From an uncultured delta proteobacterium (GTDB lineage: Bacteria; Desulfobacterota; Desulfobacteria; Desulfobacterales; B30-G6), in contig CAWGLD010000001.1 of NCBI GenBank assembly GCA_963823335.1, forward strand, positions 128,001 through 192,000: a stretch of 64,000 nt of DNA, given 5' to 3'. Every line of letters starts with the position of its first letter. Position 1 is the stretch's first letter. Below the pieces are notes generated by a model. The model did no database searches. It saw only the letters and a list, made by a program, of their open reading frames with translations, and was not told the DNA's origin. Both the position numbers and the translations under genes were made by a program. Below, piece by piece: positions 10,957 to 20,328 of the stretch.

Positions 10957-11001
10957 TCAGAGATCGGAGGTCAGAAGTCAGAAGTCAGAAATCAGAGGTC
11001 A
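10957..11001. repeat. Short tandem heptamer-like repeats (TCAGAAG/TCAGAGG)
   Basis: tcagagatcggaggtcagaagtcagaagtcagaaatcagaggtcag. Confidence 0.7.
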
Positions 11002-11061
11002 GGGTTTAAAATAAGATCAGAAACGAACCTCAAAGGCGCGAAGGACGCTAAGATTTTGTTT

Positions 11062-11092
11062 TTTACCTGATCGGGGTAACCGATCAGGTAAA
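11062..11092. repeat. Palindromic hairpin (REP- or terminator-like)
   Basis: TTTACCTGATCGG-ggtaa-CCGATCAGGTAAA. Confidence 0.6.
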
Positions 11093-11218
11093 TCATCATG
11101 CCCTGCTGACAACATTCACGAATTCGATATCTAACCAAACTGTGCGCCCTTTATTAATGTTGGAATTAATCTCCTACCCATACCGTACCCGGAAAAACCT
11201 CTATTAGATCTGAGAAAT

Positions 11219-11521
11219 ATGATGAAAAACATCATAATCACAGCAATTGTTATTTTTATAGTCGTCGAACTTATCGAACATATTATTTTCCCGATAGTTT
11301 GGTACATCTTGAAAGGGAGGAAAAAATCTACGTATGGTGTGACCAGCATGATAGGGAAAGTTGTTGAGATTCGTACATGGCATAATACTAAAGGACAAGT
11401 ATTAATCAACGGCGAGTTATGGAAAGCTGAATGCGAGGCTTCCTTACCCGTTGGTGGCAAAGCGGTGGTTTATGATATTGATGGACTTACATTGAAGTTA
11501 AAGCCTTACGAAAATTCATAG
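11219..11521 (+). CDS. NfeD-like membrane protein (C-terminal OB fold)
   Basis: N-terminal TM segment, then GQVLINGELWKA...IDGLTLKL. Confidence 0.75.
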   Translation: MMKNIIITAIVIFIVVELIEHIIFPIVWYILKGRKKSTYGVTSMIGKVVEIRTWHNTKGQVLINGELWKAECEASLPVGGKAVVYDIDGLTLKLKPYENS

Positions 11522-11574
11522 AGGAGGTTTTACTACCTTAATCCATAAATATTTATCATAATGGAAGGTGCTTC

Positions 11575-11769
11575 ATGAAAACAGACTTATACGCAAAGAC
11601 CATCTTGACCATTATGGCTATCTGCCTGCTGTATATGACTTGCAGGGATATGGTAGTACCAGCTTATGCAGATCGTAACGATATCGTTGACGTCAATATC
11701 GTAGCAGTGAGTGGAAACAGGATCGGTTTGTATGATAAGGCGTTGCCGGTTAAGGTAGTGCCGGAATAA
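11575..11769 (+). CDS. Small hypothetical exported or membrane protein
   Basis: GGAAGG RBS, hydrophobic N-terminus, AYA signal-peptidase-like site. Confidence 0.55.
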   Translation: MKTDLYAKTILTIMAICLLYMTCRDMVVPAYADRNDIVDVNIVAVSGNRIGLYDKALPVKVVPE

Positions 11770-12192
11770 AATGGGAGGTTGGGGAGAAAGAAACAATTAA
11801 GGCTTCCCTCAATGCCGTATAAACGTACACCAGAGAAGCCTATTAAATGCCACATCCAGCAACCCGTTTTTAAAGTATAACCTCTGGAGGCTAAAAAAGC
11901 CATCACATGGTTTAATAGTTGGTGTTGAAGCTGAGTGACATTTAGTGCTTTTTAAATTACCATAGACATAAAATAATGTCAATAATCAGCATGTCAATCC
12001 GGCGCAGCCTATTATTTCTTTAGCTTGATATTACAAAGTTGACAATCCCAGCAAATTGAAGAACCTCGCAGCAAGCTACGGGGAATGCGCTCGCTTTTTC
12101 GGTTCAATATGATTACCTGAAAACTAAATCGTGGGTGATTTAATTTGCAACTTGCAGCCCACTTTAAACTAAACTGCTAAGGCGCTGCATTG

Positions 12193-12227
12193 ATGCCCTG
12201 TGCTATTAGCACTGGGCATTTTTTATT
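12193..12227 (+). terminator. Rho-independent terminator
   Basis: ATGCCCtGTGCT-att-AGCACtGGGCAT followed by a T-tract. Confidence 0.7.
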
Positions 12228-12229
12228 GT

Positions 12230-12248
12230 GTGCGCCCGACAGGGGCAA
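12230..12248 (+). mobile_element. Possible 5' remnant of a class IIC group II intron
   Basis: GTGCGCCCGACAGGGGC immediately after a terminator T-tract; no RT ORF follows. Confidence 0.4.
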
Positions 12249-12304
12249 GGGTTAGGTTTTAAAAGTTGGAAACGCTGCTAAACAGTTCCATCCTTGCAAA
12301 AAGT

Positions 12305-12626
12305 TACAAGTTTGCTGGGATGGTACATGCGTATACCAACTATTATCGAAGTACTGATATATGCAATATATTTTGCCGAAATGATTTTAAACAGCCAGTT
12401 GCTAACCCAATTTCAGATATGTGAAATCATCAAACTATGGAGGACGCGAAGACCTGGGATACTGATGGCATTGGCAGGTGAATTGGCTTATCAGGACAGG
12501 AGGGGGATTTTAACTTTAGGCTCTTTTACTTCCGCTTGCATTGCAGCCTCCAGTTGTTCATCGAACCAAGCGGTATAAAGTTCCATTGCCTTCTTCAAAT
12601 CTTCGTTGTCCGGCTTGATGTGATAC
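12305..12626 (-). repeat. Diverged inverted copy of 36931-37250, including an integrase-like C-terminal tail
   Basis: Both copies encode Y.IKPD..DLK.AME.YTAWFDEQL; alignable over ~320 bp. Confidence 0.8.
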
Positions 12627-12705
12627 CACTTTTTCTGAGGACCGTTGTGTGGTACGGTGCAGTGAGTTTCATCACCTCTAAATATAATCATAAGGAGGAG
12701 TGGGT

Positions 12706-13596
12706 ATGGCAACAGCACATGCGAACGGCATAAAGATTGAATATGAAACCTTTGGAGATCCTTCCTTACCTGCACTGCTTTTGATTATTGGACTTGGGAG
12801 TCAGCTGATTCATTGGCAAGATCAGTTTTGTCAACAGATTGCTGCAAATGGATATCACGTAATAAGATACGATAACAGAGATGTTGGCCTGTCGACCAAG
12901 TTTGATGAGGTAAGGATGCCACAAATCATGGAGAAAGTCATGGCGATATTCTCTGGGCAGGAAGTTACGACACCTTATACAATTGATGATATGGCCAATG
13001 ACGCAGTAGGATTGCTTGATGCACTAAATATAGACAAGGCTCACATTTGTGGGATGTCCATGGGTGGTATGATTGCCCAAACCTTCGCCATAAACAATCC
13101 CTCTCGCACCTTGAGTCTGATATCTATTTACAGCCATAGTGGTCGGAAGGAGTTCGTTCCTACACAAGAAGTTATGGAAGCAATGATGGAGCCAGTTCCA
13201 GAAGAACGTAGGCAGTATATTGATTATCAATTGAAATTTTTTAAGTTGGTTTATGGTACAGGACTGCCTTTTGATGTTGAATTTCATAGAACAGTGTTTG
13301 CTCGTACTTACGATCGTTCTTTTTGCCCTGAAGGAACAGGCCGTCAATATCTTGCTATAATGGTCCAAAAGGATAGGACACAAGAACTTAAGAAACTCAA
13401 GGTTCCATCCTTGATAGTTCATGGCGATGAGGATCCACTTGTGCAATTGGCTGGAGGAAAAGCGACTGCTGATGCTATTCCGGGCGCAAAGCTAATGATC
13501 GTAAAGGGGATGGGGCATGTGCTTCCTAACTTAAATTCATATTGGAACGACATCAAAAATGCCATAATAAATCATATGGGAAAAGCAGAAACATGA
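12706..13596 (+). CDS. Alpha/beta hydrolase
   Basis: RYDNRDVGLS, GMSMGG nucleophile elbow, HGDEDPLV, GMGH. Confidence 0.9.
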   Translation: MATAHANGIKIEYETFGDPSLPALLLIIGLGSQLIHWQDQFCQQIAANGYHVIRYDNRDVGLSTKFDEVRMPQIMEKVMAIFSGQEVTTPYTIDDMANDAVGLLDALNIDKAHICGMSMGGMIAQTFAINNPSRTLSLISIYSHSGRKEFVPTQEVMEAMMEPVPEERRQYIDYQLKFFKLVYGTGLPFDVEFHRTVFARTYDRSFCPEGTGRQYLAIMVQKDRTQELKKLKVPSLIVHGDEDPLVQLAGGKATADAIPGAKLMIVKGMGHVLPNLNSYWNDIKNAIINHMGKAET

Positions 13597-13738
13597 AACA
13601 GAAAGCCAGGGGAAAGGTGGTACGCTGGGCATGACCAGATGGTATCGGTAATAATTTGGTCGAGTTTGATAACTGGACTTGTCTCCATGTATAGCAACCG
13701 TACATTTTATTAATTTCAGTCGATAGGACATCTGATCA

Positions 13739-14701
13739 TTGTTCAACTACAGAATACTCATATTTACATTCTTTATGTCGTCTTTTATGTCCCTTTCTTC
13801 AGTTGCTCATGCACATTTCTCTTTTACGGTCACTTCTGATCAAAGAAATTATGCTGGACCTGGAGCTTACGAAAACCCCAGCTATTTTAAGGGGATTGTT
13901 GAGGCTATCCAGAATAAAGGAGGCGGTGCCTTTATGATTAGTCCAGGCGACATTGACCCTCCTGCGGCATCAAAGTGGACGATTGAACAGGTTCTGGGAA
14001 TGAATTACATATGGTATCCGGTCGTAGGAAACCACGAACTCCCTGGAAAAGGCAAAGAAGATTATTATGGCTCAAACATGGAATGGCTGCGAGGGTACAA
14101 TTACGATGCCAACGGTTATGGAATACAGCCTGATATTGTGAACACTGGTCCTTCTGGATGTCCAGGAACTACTTACTCCTTCGATTATGATAATGCGCAT
14201 TTTGTTGTAGTAAACAATTATTGCGACAACGATGGGGACAATGTTACGAACGGTGATATCACTGAACATTTATACAACTGGTTGGCAAGCGATTTGACTG
14301 CTACCAACAAGGAACACATTTTCGTTATCGGCCATGAACCCGCTTATCCTCAACCCGACGCCGACAATGGTCGGGCTCGCCATATGGAAGACAGTCTAAA
14401 TTCAAACCCAGCAAATCGCGATCGTTTTTGGAAGCTCTTAAATAAGGCGGGTGTGTTAGCCTACATTTGCGGTCATACGCACAATTACAGCGTGGTAAAA
14501 ATTGAAGGGGTCTGGCAGATAGAAAGTGGCCATGCGCGTGGACAAGGAGATTTAGGTGCCCCAAGTACGTTTCTAATAATTCATGTAAACGGTGACACGG
14601 TGGAGTTTAACACCTACCGCGATGTTCATAATGAAGTGTATGATTACATTGATATCATACACAGAGGGACACTGAAATCTAAAGTTAAAGCAATGGACTG
14701 A
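13739..14701 (+). CDS. Secreted calcineurin-like metallophosphoesterase
   Basis: SD, PGD, VGNHE, GHEP, CGHTH motifs; signal peptide. Confidence 0.85.
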   Translation: MFNYRILIFTFFMSSFMSLSSVAHAHFSFTVTSDQRNYAGPGAYENPSYFKGIVEAIQNKGGGAFMISPGDIDPPAASKWTIEQVLGMNYIWYPVVGNHELPGKGKEDYYGSNMEWLRGYNYDANGYGIQPDIVNTGPSGCPGTTYSFDYDNAHFVVVNNYCDNDGDNVTNGDITEHLYNWLASDLTATNKEHIFVIGHEPAYPQPDADNGRARHMEDSLNSNPANRDRFWKLLNKAGVLAYICGHTHNYSVVKIEGVWQIESGHARGQGDLGAPSTFLIIHVNGDTVEFNTYRDVHNEVYDYIDIIHRGTLKSKVKAMD

Positions 14702-15033
14702 ATATGCGAGAAGCCATTGTAAAGGAAGCCGATATTGTAATGCCTGAAGTGGAAATAGCCAAGGTTTCCATGAGAATTATGTTGTCGTTAATCAATACAG
14801 GCAAAAAAATATTTGGGAAAGAGCCTATTGATGTTGGGGCTGTCCAATTGGAAGGTTTTATCAATTGGCTAATAAAGGGGTATAGGGGAGCAACATAATA
14901 ATTTGCGGTGTAAAATATGCCTACTCCTAACCGGTGTTTGCAACGCAAGAATACGGCTATAATCGTTCAGTCTGAGCAATTGTCCGAAGACTGAAGACGC
15001 CCATAAAACCACAATTATTTCTCAGAAGGACTA

Positions 15034-15172
15034 GAGCTATCTCAAAAAAGTTTTTTGACCCAATTTCTGTGTTGGTCCTTGCTTCAACTCCTCGGAATAC
15101 TTCAGTATGCCTGCGGGTTGAAGTTCGGGCCCGCCTTGAACTTGAGCCAAAACCCTTTTTTTGAGATGGCTC
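15034..15172. mobile_element. MITE/REP-like element with terminal inverted repeats (copy 1)
   Basis: GAGCTATCTCAAAAAA...TTTTTTGAGATGGCTC flanked by TA; near-identical to 47731-47872. Confidence 0.8.
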
Positions 15173-15276
15173 TATACCATTTTTTACGGCAAATGGTTTC
15201 ATTCCATCTCAGTGCCGCTGTATCGATGATCTTTTTGCGTACAGGCCACAATTATGGTGAAATCATTTACAAATGA

Positions 15277-16167
15277 TTAAGCGGCAGCGGGATTGGCTTC
15301 TCGTCTAACAAGATAAAGACCGCTCGACACAATGATAGCCGCCCCAAAGATGGTCCAGCCATCCGGTAGATCTCCAAACAGGAAAAACCCAAGAATCGTA
15401 GCCCAGATGAGTGACGTATAATTAAATGGTGCCAACAAAGATGCCGGCGCTTTTTCAAATGCCTTAATCATGAAAAAGTGGCCTACCGCTCCGAGAAATC
15501 CAAGCCACATCAGGTGTAACCATTGTATAGGAGATGGAGCTTTCCAGAAGAATAGAATCATAACGCTCGAAAGGATCAAACCACCAGTGCTTGTATAGAA
15601 TAGTGTCGTTAATGCGTTATCTCTTTGTCCAAGAATACGAGTTGTTATCAGAATAGTAGCGTAAAAAAAGGCCGATAATAGTGGAAATATCACCGCCCAA
15701 TGAACAATTCCCATTCCGGGTCGTATAACAAATATCACACCAAGAAGCCCTATGATTACACTGCCCCAACGATGAGAACCGAACTTTTCACCTAATAGAA
15801 ACACTGCGAGTATGGTAACCAATAATGGTGAAATGAAAGATATCACCGTGCAATCAGCAAGGGGCAAATACATCAACCCTGACCAAAACGTCACGCCCGC
15901 GCCAAATATTAGAACAGAACGAAGGATCTGCAATTTTAGGTTCTTCGTGAATATAATATCTCTTGGTGCCCCTCGCAAAAAGAATATCGTGAAAAAAATA
16001 AAATGAAAAAAATAACGCCCCCACATCACCATCCATAAAGGGAGCTCTCTACAAACATACTTTGCTGATGCATCCAATATAGAGAAACAAGCGGTCATGA
16101 TAATCATTAAACCGATGCCATATAGTGGACTATTCAAAGGTGAAGATAGTGTGAGATTGTTTGACAT
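15277..16167 (-). CDS. DMT/EamA-family transporter
   Basis: About 10 TM segments, LGEKFG, APASLLAPFNY, LFGDLPD. Confidence 0.88.
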   Translation of the reverse strand: MSNNLTLSSPLNSPLYGIGLMIIMTACFSILDASAKYVCRELPLWMVMWGRYFFHFIFFTIFFLRGAPRDIIFTKNLKLQILRSVLIFGAGVTFWSGLMYLPLADCTVISFISPLLVTILAVFLLGEKFGSHRWGSVIIGLLGVIFVIRPGMGIVHWAVIFPLLSAFFYATILITTRILGQRDNALTTLFYTSTGGLILSSVMILFFWKAPSPIQWLHLMWLGFLGAVGHFFMIKAFEKAPASLLAPFNYTSLIWATILGFFLFGDLPDGWTIFGAAIIVSSGLYLVRREANPAAA

Positions 16168-16294
16168 TTGTTGTTGGTCTGCCTATTCAGGTCAGCATCA
16201 AATTTATGAAAAGCGTGTCTGTCTATCAGCATCTGGTAGCGTGTGTCAATTCATTTAAAACATCCGATCAATTCCAATACTCGCCAAACAGCCC

Positions 16295-16420
16295 TGTGTT
16301 CGATTATATTCACAACTACCCAAACCTTGCCAAAACAGTTCTCCCCGTGATACCTTGGAAAAAGCCAAAGCGTATCGGCGATATTGCTATAAATTCCAAT
16401 ATGTAAAATTCTCCATGTCT
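16295..16420 (-). repeat. Recombinase-flank repeat, copy Y1
   Basis: Reverse complement reads CATGGAGA...GCCGATAC...CCAAGGTATCACGGGGAGAACTGTTTTGGCAAGGTTTGGGTA; homologous to 19776-19875 and 32673-32845. Confidence 0.7.
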
Positions 16421-16500
16421 CTGTGGCCACTGATATCTGGTTTTCAGGTTATGGGTACTAAGCGTAGAATTTGGATTTCGCACAAATCGGAGGCTTCCAT

Positions 16501-17082
16501 ATGTCAACCTGTTGGATTACAGTAATTTCACCGGATTCAGCCTCAGGCATGCTAAAAGATGTCTACGAACGAGTGAAATCACCCAGTGGTCAGGTTGACC
16601 GTGTCTACCAGGCTCAAAGTCTGAGGCCGGATATCATTCTGGGACACGACCGGCTGTATCGTAGCACGCTTCATTTTGAAGACCCAGCATGCCCATCATG
16701 GTTTCTTGAGGCTGTCGCAGTTTATACCAGCGTATTGAACCGATGCCCCTATGCAGTGGAACATCATTATGCCAACATGAAACATCTGTTGGGAGAACCC
16801 AATCGTTCAGCGGATATTCTGGATGCATTTCAAAACGACAGCCTGGACGTAGTTTTTGAAGGCAAGGAGCTGCATTTGTTGATGTATGCAAGGAAGCTGA
16901 CCAAAACGCCAGACAAATTATATCGCATCGACATCGATCAATTGAGGGAACAGGGTGCCAAAGATGAAGAGATACTGGAGGTCAACCAGGTGGCAGCCAG
17001 CTTTAATTACTCCAATCGTGTTATTAACGGACTCGGTGTCAAGCTTGGCAATGAACAGGTTGGATACTATGAAACAAAGTGA
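16501..17082 (+). CDS. AhpD-like / carboxymuconolactone decarboxylase-family peroxidase-related protein
   Basis: EAVAVYTSVLNRCPYAVEHH, EVNQVAASFNYSNR; GGAGG RBS. Confidence 0.85.
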   Translation: MSTCWITVISPDSASGMLKDVYERVKSPSGQVDRVYQAQSLRPDIILGHDRLYRSTLHFEDPACPSWFLEAVAVYTSVLNRCPYAVEHHYANMKHLLGEPNRSADILDAFQNDSLDVVFEGKELHLLMYARKLTKTPDKLYRIDIDQLREQGAKDEEILEVNQVAASFNYSNRVINGLGVKLGNEQVGYYETK

Positions 17083-17270
17083 GCTGGCTTTGAAATAAAA
17101 TAGTCAAACAACCCTGGCGATCGTATGATCAACATGTCAATCCAGTTTAATCTCTTATTCTCAGGGCGAGAAATTAGTTGACATACCATATTGTGATATA
17201 CGTTGAGGATGGAACCTCCGACCAATGAAACGTTCGTGTTCCCTCCATTCACGCCATGGCCCTGCTCTTA

Positions 17271-17398
17271 CCTGTGGTATCTAACAACAAAACGGTAGAT
17301 ATCAGACCCCTGAAAATTGCCGGTTTGCGAAAATAATCACAACAGGCGAAATCTTGCACTCATAGGCTCTTCCGTGGTACCGTGGGCATAACCAGATA
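17271..17398 (-). repeat. Recombinase-flank repeat, copy Y2 (right half intact)
   Basis: Reverse complement contains TGTGATTATTTTCGCAAACCGG...CTGATATCTACCG, matching 32776-32840 and 36784-36854. Confidence 0.75.
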
Positions 17399-17431
17399 GA
17401 GACTTTCAATTGTCGATAAGGAGGGAATATT

Positions 17432-18511
17432 ATGAAAGTATTAGCCCTTAATTCCAGTGCACGGACCGGGGGCCAGAGTAAAACCGAACTGATGCTAAGC
17501 CACTTGGTAGAAGGAATGCACGAGGCAGGAGCCGATGTTGATGTGGTCAATCTACTGGAAAAGAATATAAAAAACTGTGTCGGGTGCTTTTCCTGTATGA
17601 CCAAAACCCCGGGGAAATGTGTGCTCAAGGACGACATGACAGGAGAGCTCTTCCCAAAATGGCTGGAATCCGACCTGATTATATACGCCACACCTCTATT
17701 CCATCATACTGTCAATGCAACCATGAAGACCTTTATAGAGAGAACCTTTCCGATTTGCGAACCCTTCCTCCTGGAAAGGGAGGGGCGCTGGGTTCACCCC
17801 CTTCGAAGGAATCACCCTGGGGCAGTGGTTCTTTCCGTATGCGGGTTTCCCGCAATGTCCGCCTTTAGCGCCCTGACTCACTACGCGAAATTTCTTTTTG
17901 AAGAGCAGGAAAAAGGGAGGCTATGGGCCGAAATCTATCGCCCAGCTGCCGAATTTATGTACCGAAACGTCGATAAGCAGAAAGATATACTCGACGCCAC
18001 CAGGCAGGCGGGGAGGGAACTCGTGGAGGCTCACAAGGTTTCTCCGGGAACACTAGCGCGCATAGAACAGCCACTTGCTGATAATCTTTCTGATTTTGCA
18101 AAGATTACAAACTGTATGTGGGGGACCTGCATTGCCGAAGGGATTACCAAGAAAAAATTTGAGAAACAAGATATGATACCCAGACCCGATTCAATCGAGA
18201 CTTTTATGCTCCTGATGCCCATGGGATTTAATCCTGAACGTGCCGGTGATACAAAAGCGACCTTACAGTTCGAATTTACAGGCAGCGTGGAAGGCTCATG
18301 CCACCTTATAATTTCAGATGGAACTATCAAGGCCAGGGAAGGAAAATCAGAAAAACCGGATCTTGTAATAAAGACACCCTTCGATGTCTGGATGGATATT
18401 CAAACCGGCAAAGCGGATGGAGGTCAGATGTTTATGGAGGAAAAGTATAAGGCAGAGGGTGACATGGAGCTGTTATTGAATATGAGTAAGTTCTTCGGCC
18501 AGAACCATTAG
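17432..18511 (+). CDS. Flavodoxin-like (NADPH-dependent FMN reductase family) protein with C-terminal SCP2 domain
   Basis: LNSSAR, CVGCFSC...C, ATPLF; C-terminal TLQFEFTG...PDLVIK...GGQMFM SCP2-like region. Confidence 0.85.
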   Translation: MKVLALNSSARTGGQSKTELMLSHLVEGMHEAGADVDVVNLLEKNIKNCVGCFSCMTKTPGKCVLKDDMTGELFPKWLESDLIIYATPLFHHTVNATMKTFIERTFPICEPFLLEREGRWVHPLRRNHPGAVVLSVCGFPAMSAFSALTHYAKFLFEEQEKGRLWAEIYRPAAEFMYRNVDKQKDILDATRQAGRELVEAHKVSPGTLARIEQPLADNLSDFAKITNCMWGTCIAEGITKKKFEKQDMIPRPDSIETFMLLMPMGFNPERAGDTKATLQFEFTGSVEGSCHLIISDGTIKAREGKSEKPDLVIKTPFDVWMDIQTGKADGGQMFMEEKYKAEGDMELLLNMSKFFGQNH

Positions 18512-19050
18512 AAAAAGAGCGTTGAAGATTTCGGCTATCATTGTTCACTCAGACCTATGACTTTAAAAGCGTGGATTGATAATAAAATTCCACGCTTTTG
18601 TTGTTTCTATGGCTATACAATATAATGTGGTGATGGCGTCTGGCATGAAACCTGTGATTTCTCCATCTATCGTTACTTGCCCAATATTTGGTTTTAGAGA
18701 AACATTTCAGAACATATCACAACCCATTCAAAGCACCTGAAAAATCCATATCTTGTGGACTTCATAATTTTTTGATATTGTGCCGATTAATCTGAAGCAG
18801 GCGAGAATTTGACCTGATCTTCCAACACACCGCACCACAATACACCTGGTTCAGTCTTTCGTTCACACGTTTCACAATAGCTCAACGATACTTGAGTTTG
18901 GTGTAACTTAACAATAATGCAAGTATCTTTGACTAGAAGCTATCTCAAGCAGTGTTAATATATGGCAACCTTCGGCTTCATGTACGAAGTACTTATACGC
19001 TGCATAGAGTACCCGGTTAACCGCACTTCCTGTCTGGGGCTTTTTTGCGT

Positions 19051-19488
19051 TTATAAGGACTGCTTTACAAGCTGTGCTTTGAGTGCTGCATTCTCTGCTT
19101 TGAGTTTTTTAACATATGCCAGGATCCCCTCACCCAGAACCTGTGCTGAGAGTTTTTGAGTGTCCACTGGTTTGACTTTCTTTTTTTTCGAAGGGGTTGA
19201 GATGTGCTTAGGTGTCCTGCGTCTATCACCGGATTGCCCCACCGCTTTGAGGTTGACTCCCGACACCCTCTCATAGATCTTCTGATTTTTTCCTTTCTTT
19301 CCAATTATTCTGTAGGCACCTGGAAAGAATGCTAACCTACGAAAGCAGGTGGAGACCAGAGACAGTGGGATCTCATCCCCATGCTCCTTTGCAAGTTCCT
19401 TATGCACACCTGCAACAGTGACGTTCTCCTGGTTGTTTTGCAACCAATCTCTGACCACTTTAGTCTTCCAACCTCTGATCTTTTCCAT
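19051..19488 (-). CDS. Hypothetical basic protein (mobile-element-like)
   Basis: 145-aa ORF with a GGAGG RBS and a coiled-coil C-terminus. Confidence 0.55.
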   Translation of the reverse strand: MEKIRGWKTKVVRDWLQNNQENVTVAGVHKELAKEHGDEIPLSLVSTCFRRLAFFPGAYRIIGKKGKNQKIYERVSGVNLKAVGQSGDRRRTPKHISTPSKKKKVKPVDTQKLSAQVLGEGILAYVKKLKAENAALKAQLVKQSL

Positions 19489-19553
19489 GTTAATTCCCTC
19501 CTACTACTCTAAGTTTAGGTGCAGTCCCCATTCCGGTATCGACATCATTCAGG

Positions 19554-19670
19554 CTATTGCCAAGTCATAGCTTCTTTGGCACCACCTTGGTAGTGGTCAT
19601 AGATCATGGTTGCTTCCAAGGTATAATGCCCATAAGCTTCTGGACGGTCAGGGTGTTCGTCCCTTGAGCG
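19554..19670 (-). pseudogene. Tyrosine recombinase C-terminal remnant
   Basis: With one frameshift it reads GTNTLTVQKLMG[H]YTLEATMIYDH, a box II-like motif. Confidence 0.55.
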
Positions 19671-19769
19671 CTTGCTTCCATAGGATCGCAGCGACGGGAC
19701 GCTGGGTTCAGAAAAGAATTTAACACCCCCGCTGAACAGTCAAAATACGCGACTTCGTGTCGCAATACC

Positions 19770-19875
19770 GATACATGGGAGATATCCAGTTATCAAACGC
19801 AACCAAATTATTACCGATACCATTAGGTTATGCCCAAGGTATCATGGGGAGGACTGTTTTGGCAAGGTTTGGGTA
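19770..19875 (+). repeat. Recombinase-flank repeat, copy Y3 (left half)
   Basis: ATGGGAGATATCCAGTTATCAAAC..AAATTATTACCGATACC..CCAAGGTATC, homologous to 35786-35832 and 33597-33642. Confidence 0.8.
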
Positions 19876-20033
19876 TTCGTTAATCTGATACCGTTTCCCC
19901 GCTCGGTAAAACCCGTTTTTCCGTTCTGATCAGGCAACCTCAAGGAGGTGAATATTGGCCACCCGCTTGCACAGGCTGTACATTCTTTGCAGTTTATCCA
20001 AAGCGGACACCTCTATACATTAGCCCAACCATT

Positions 20034-20176
20034 ATTTCAAATCAGTTTAAACATACAAGACAGGAAATATTATGATATCATCACCTCGGCTGGACTCGCC
20101 TGAGCCGGTGATATCAGATAAAACTTAACAGCACATGGTTCGATGAAGAGCTCGAAAATACAATTCTTGACCCATC
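20034..20176 (+). repeat. Cyclase-array spacer A (GATATC-bounded hairpin + integrase-tail/TTGACC motif)
   Basis: Homologous to 23809-23900, 27611-27745 and 41631-41780. Confidence 0.8.
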
Positions 20177-20197
20177 CTTCCAAATCAGGTACTAATT
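20168..20197 (+). promoter_or_regulatory. Sigma-70-like promoter conserved upstream of all three cyclase genes
   Basis: TTGACC-N17-TACTAA here and at ~37309; TTGACC-N17-TATTGA at ~23894. Confidence 0.6.
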
Positions 20198-20328
20198 TTA
20201 TAGTCGCTTAAATCACACCTGCTCTGATGCTGGATCTCATTTCCAACGGACCTAACCTCTTTCTGTAACAGATATTGCATTTCCAAGACGTATCATCTTC
20301 TTCAAACCCCAACCAGAAGGTGATCCAC

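Noticed and set aside
12055-12108. Short palindromic element TTGAAGAACC.CGC.GCA...CGGTTCAAT, also at ~48922-48989
   Set aside because: Probably a REP- or IS200/605-derived relic, but too short and divergent to assign
14704-14898. 64-aa ORF after the phosphoesterase
   Set aside because: No recognisable motif; cannot distinguish a small gene or fragment from a chance ORF
19576-19585. TTGGCACCA as the duplicated tRNA-Phe 3' end (att site)
   Set aside because: The match is only about 7 bp, in the wrong orientation for a direct repeat, and lies inside the recombinase relic
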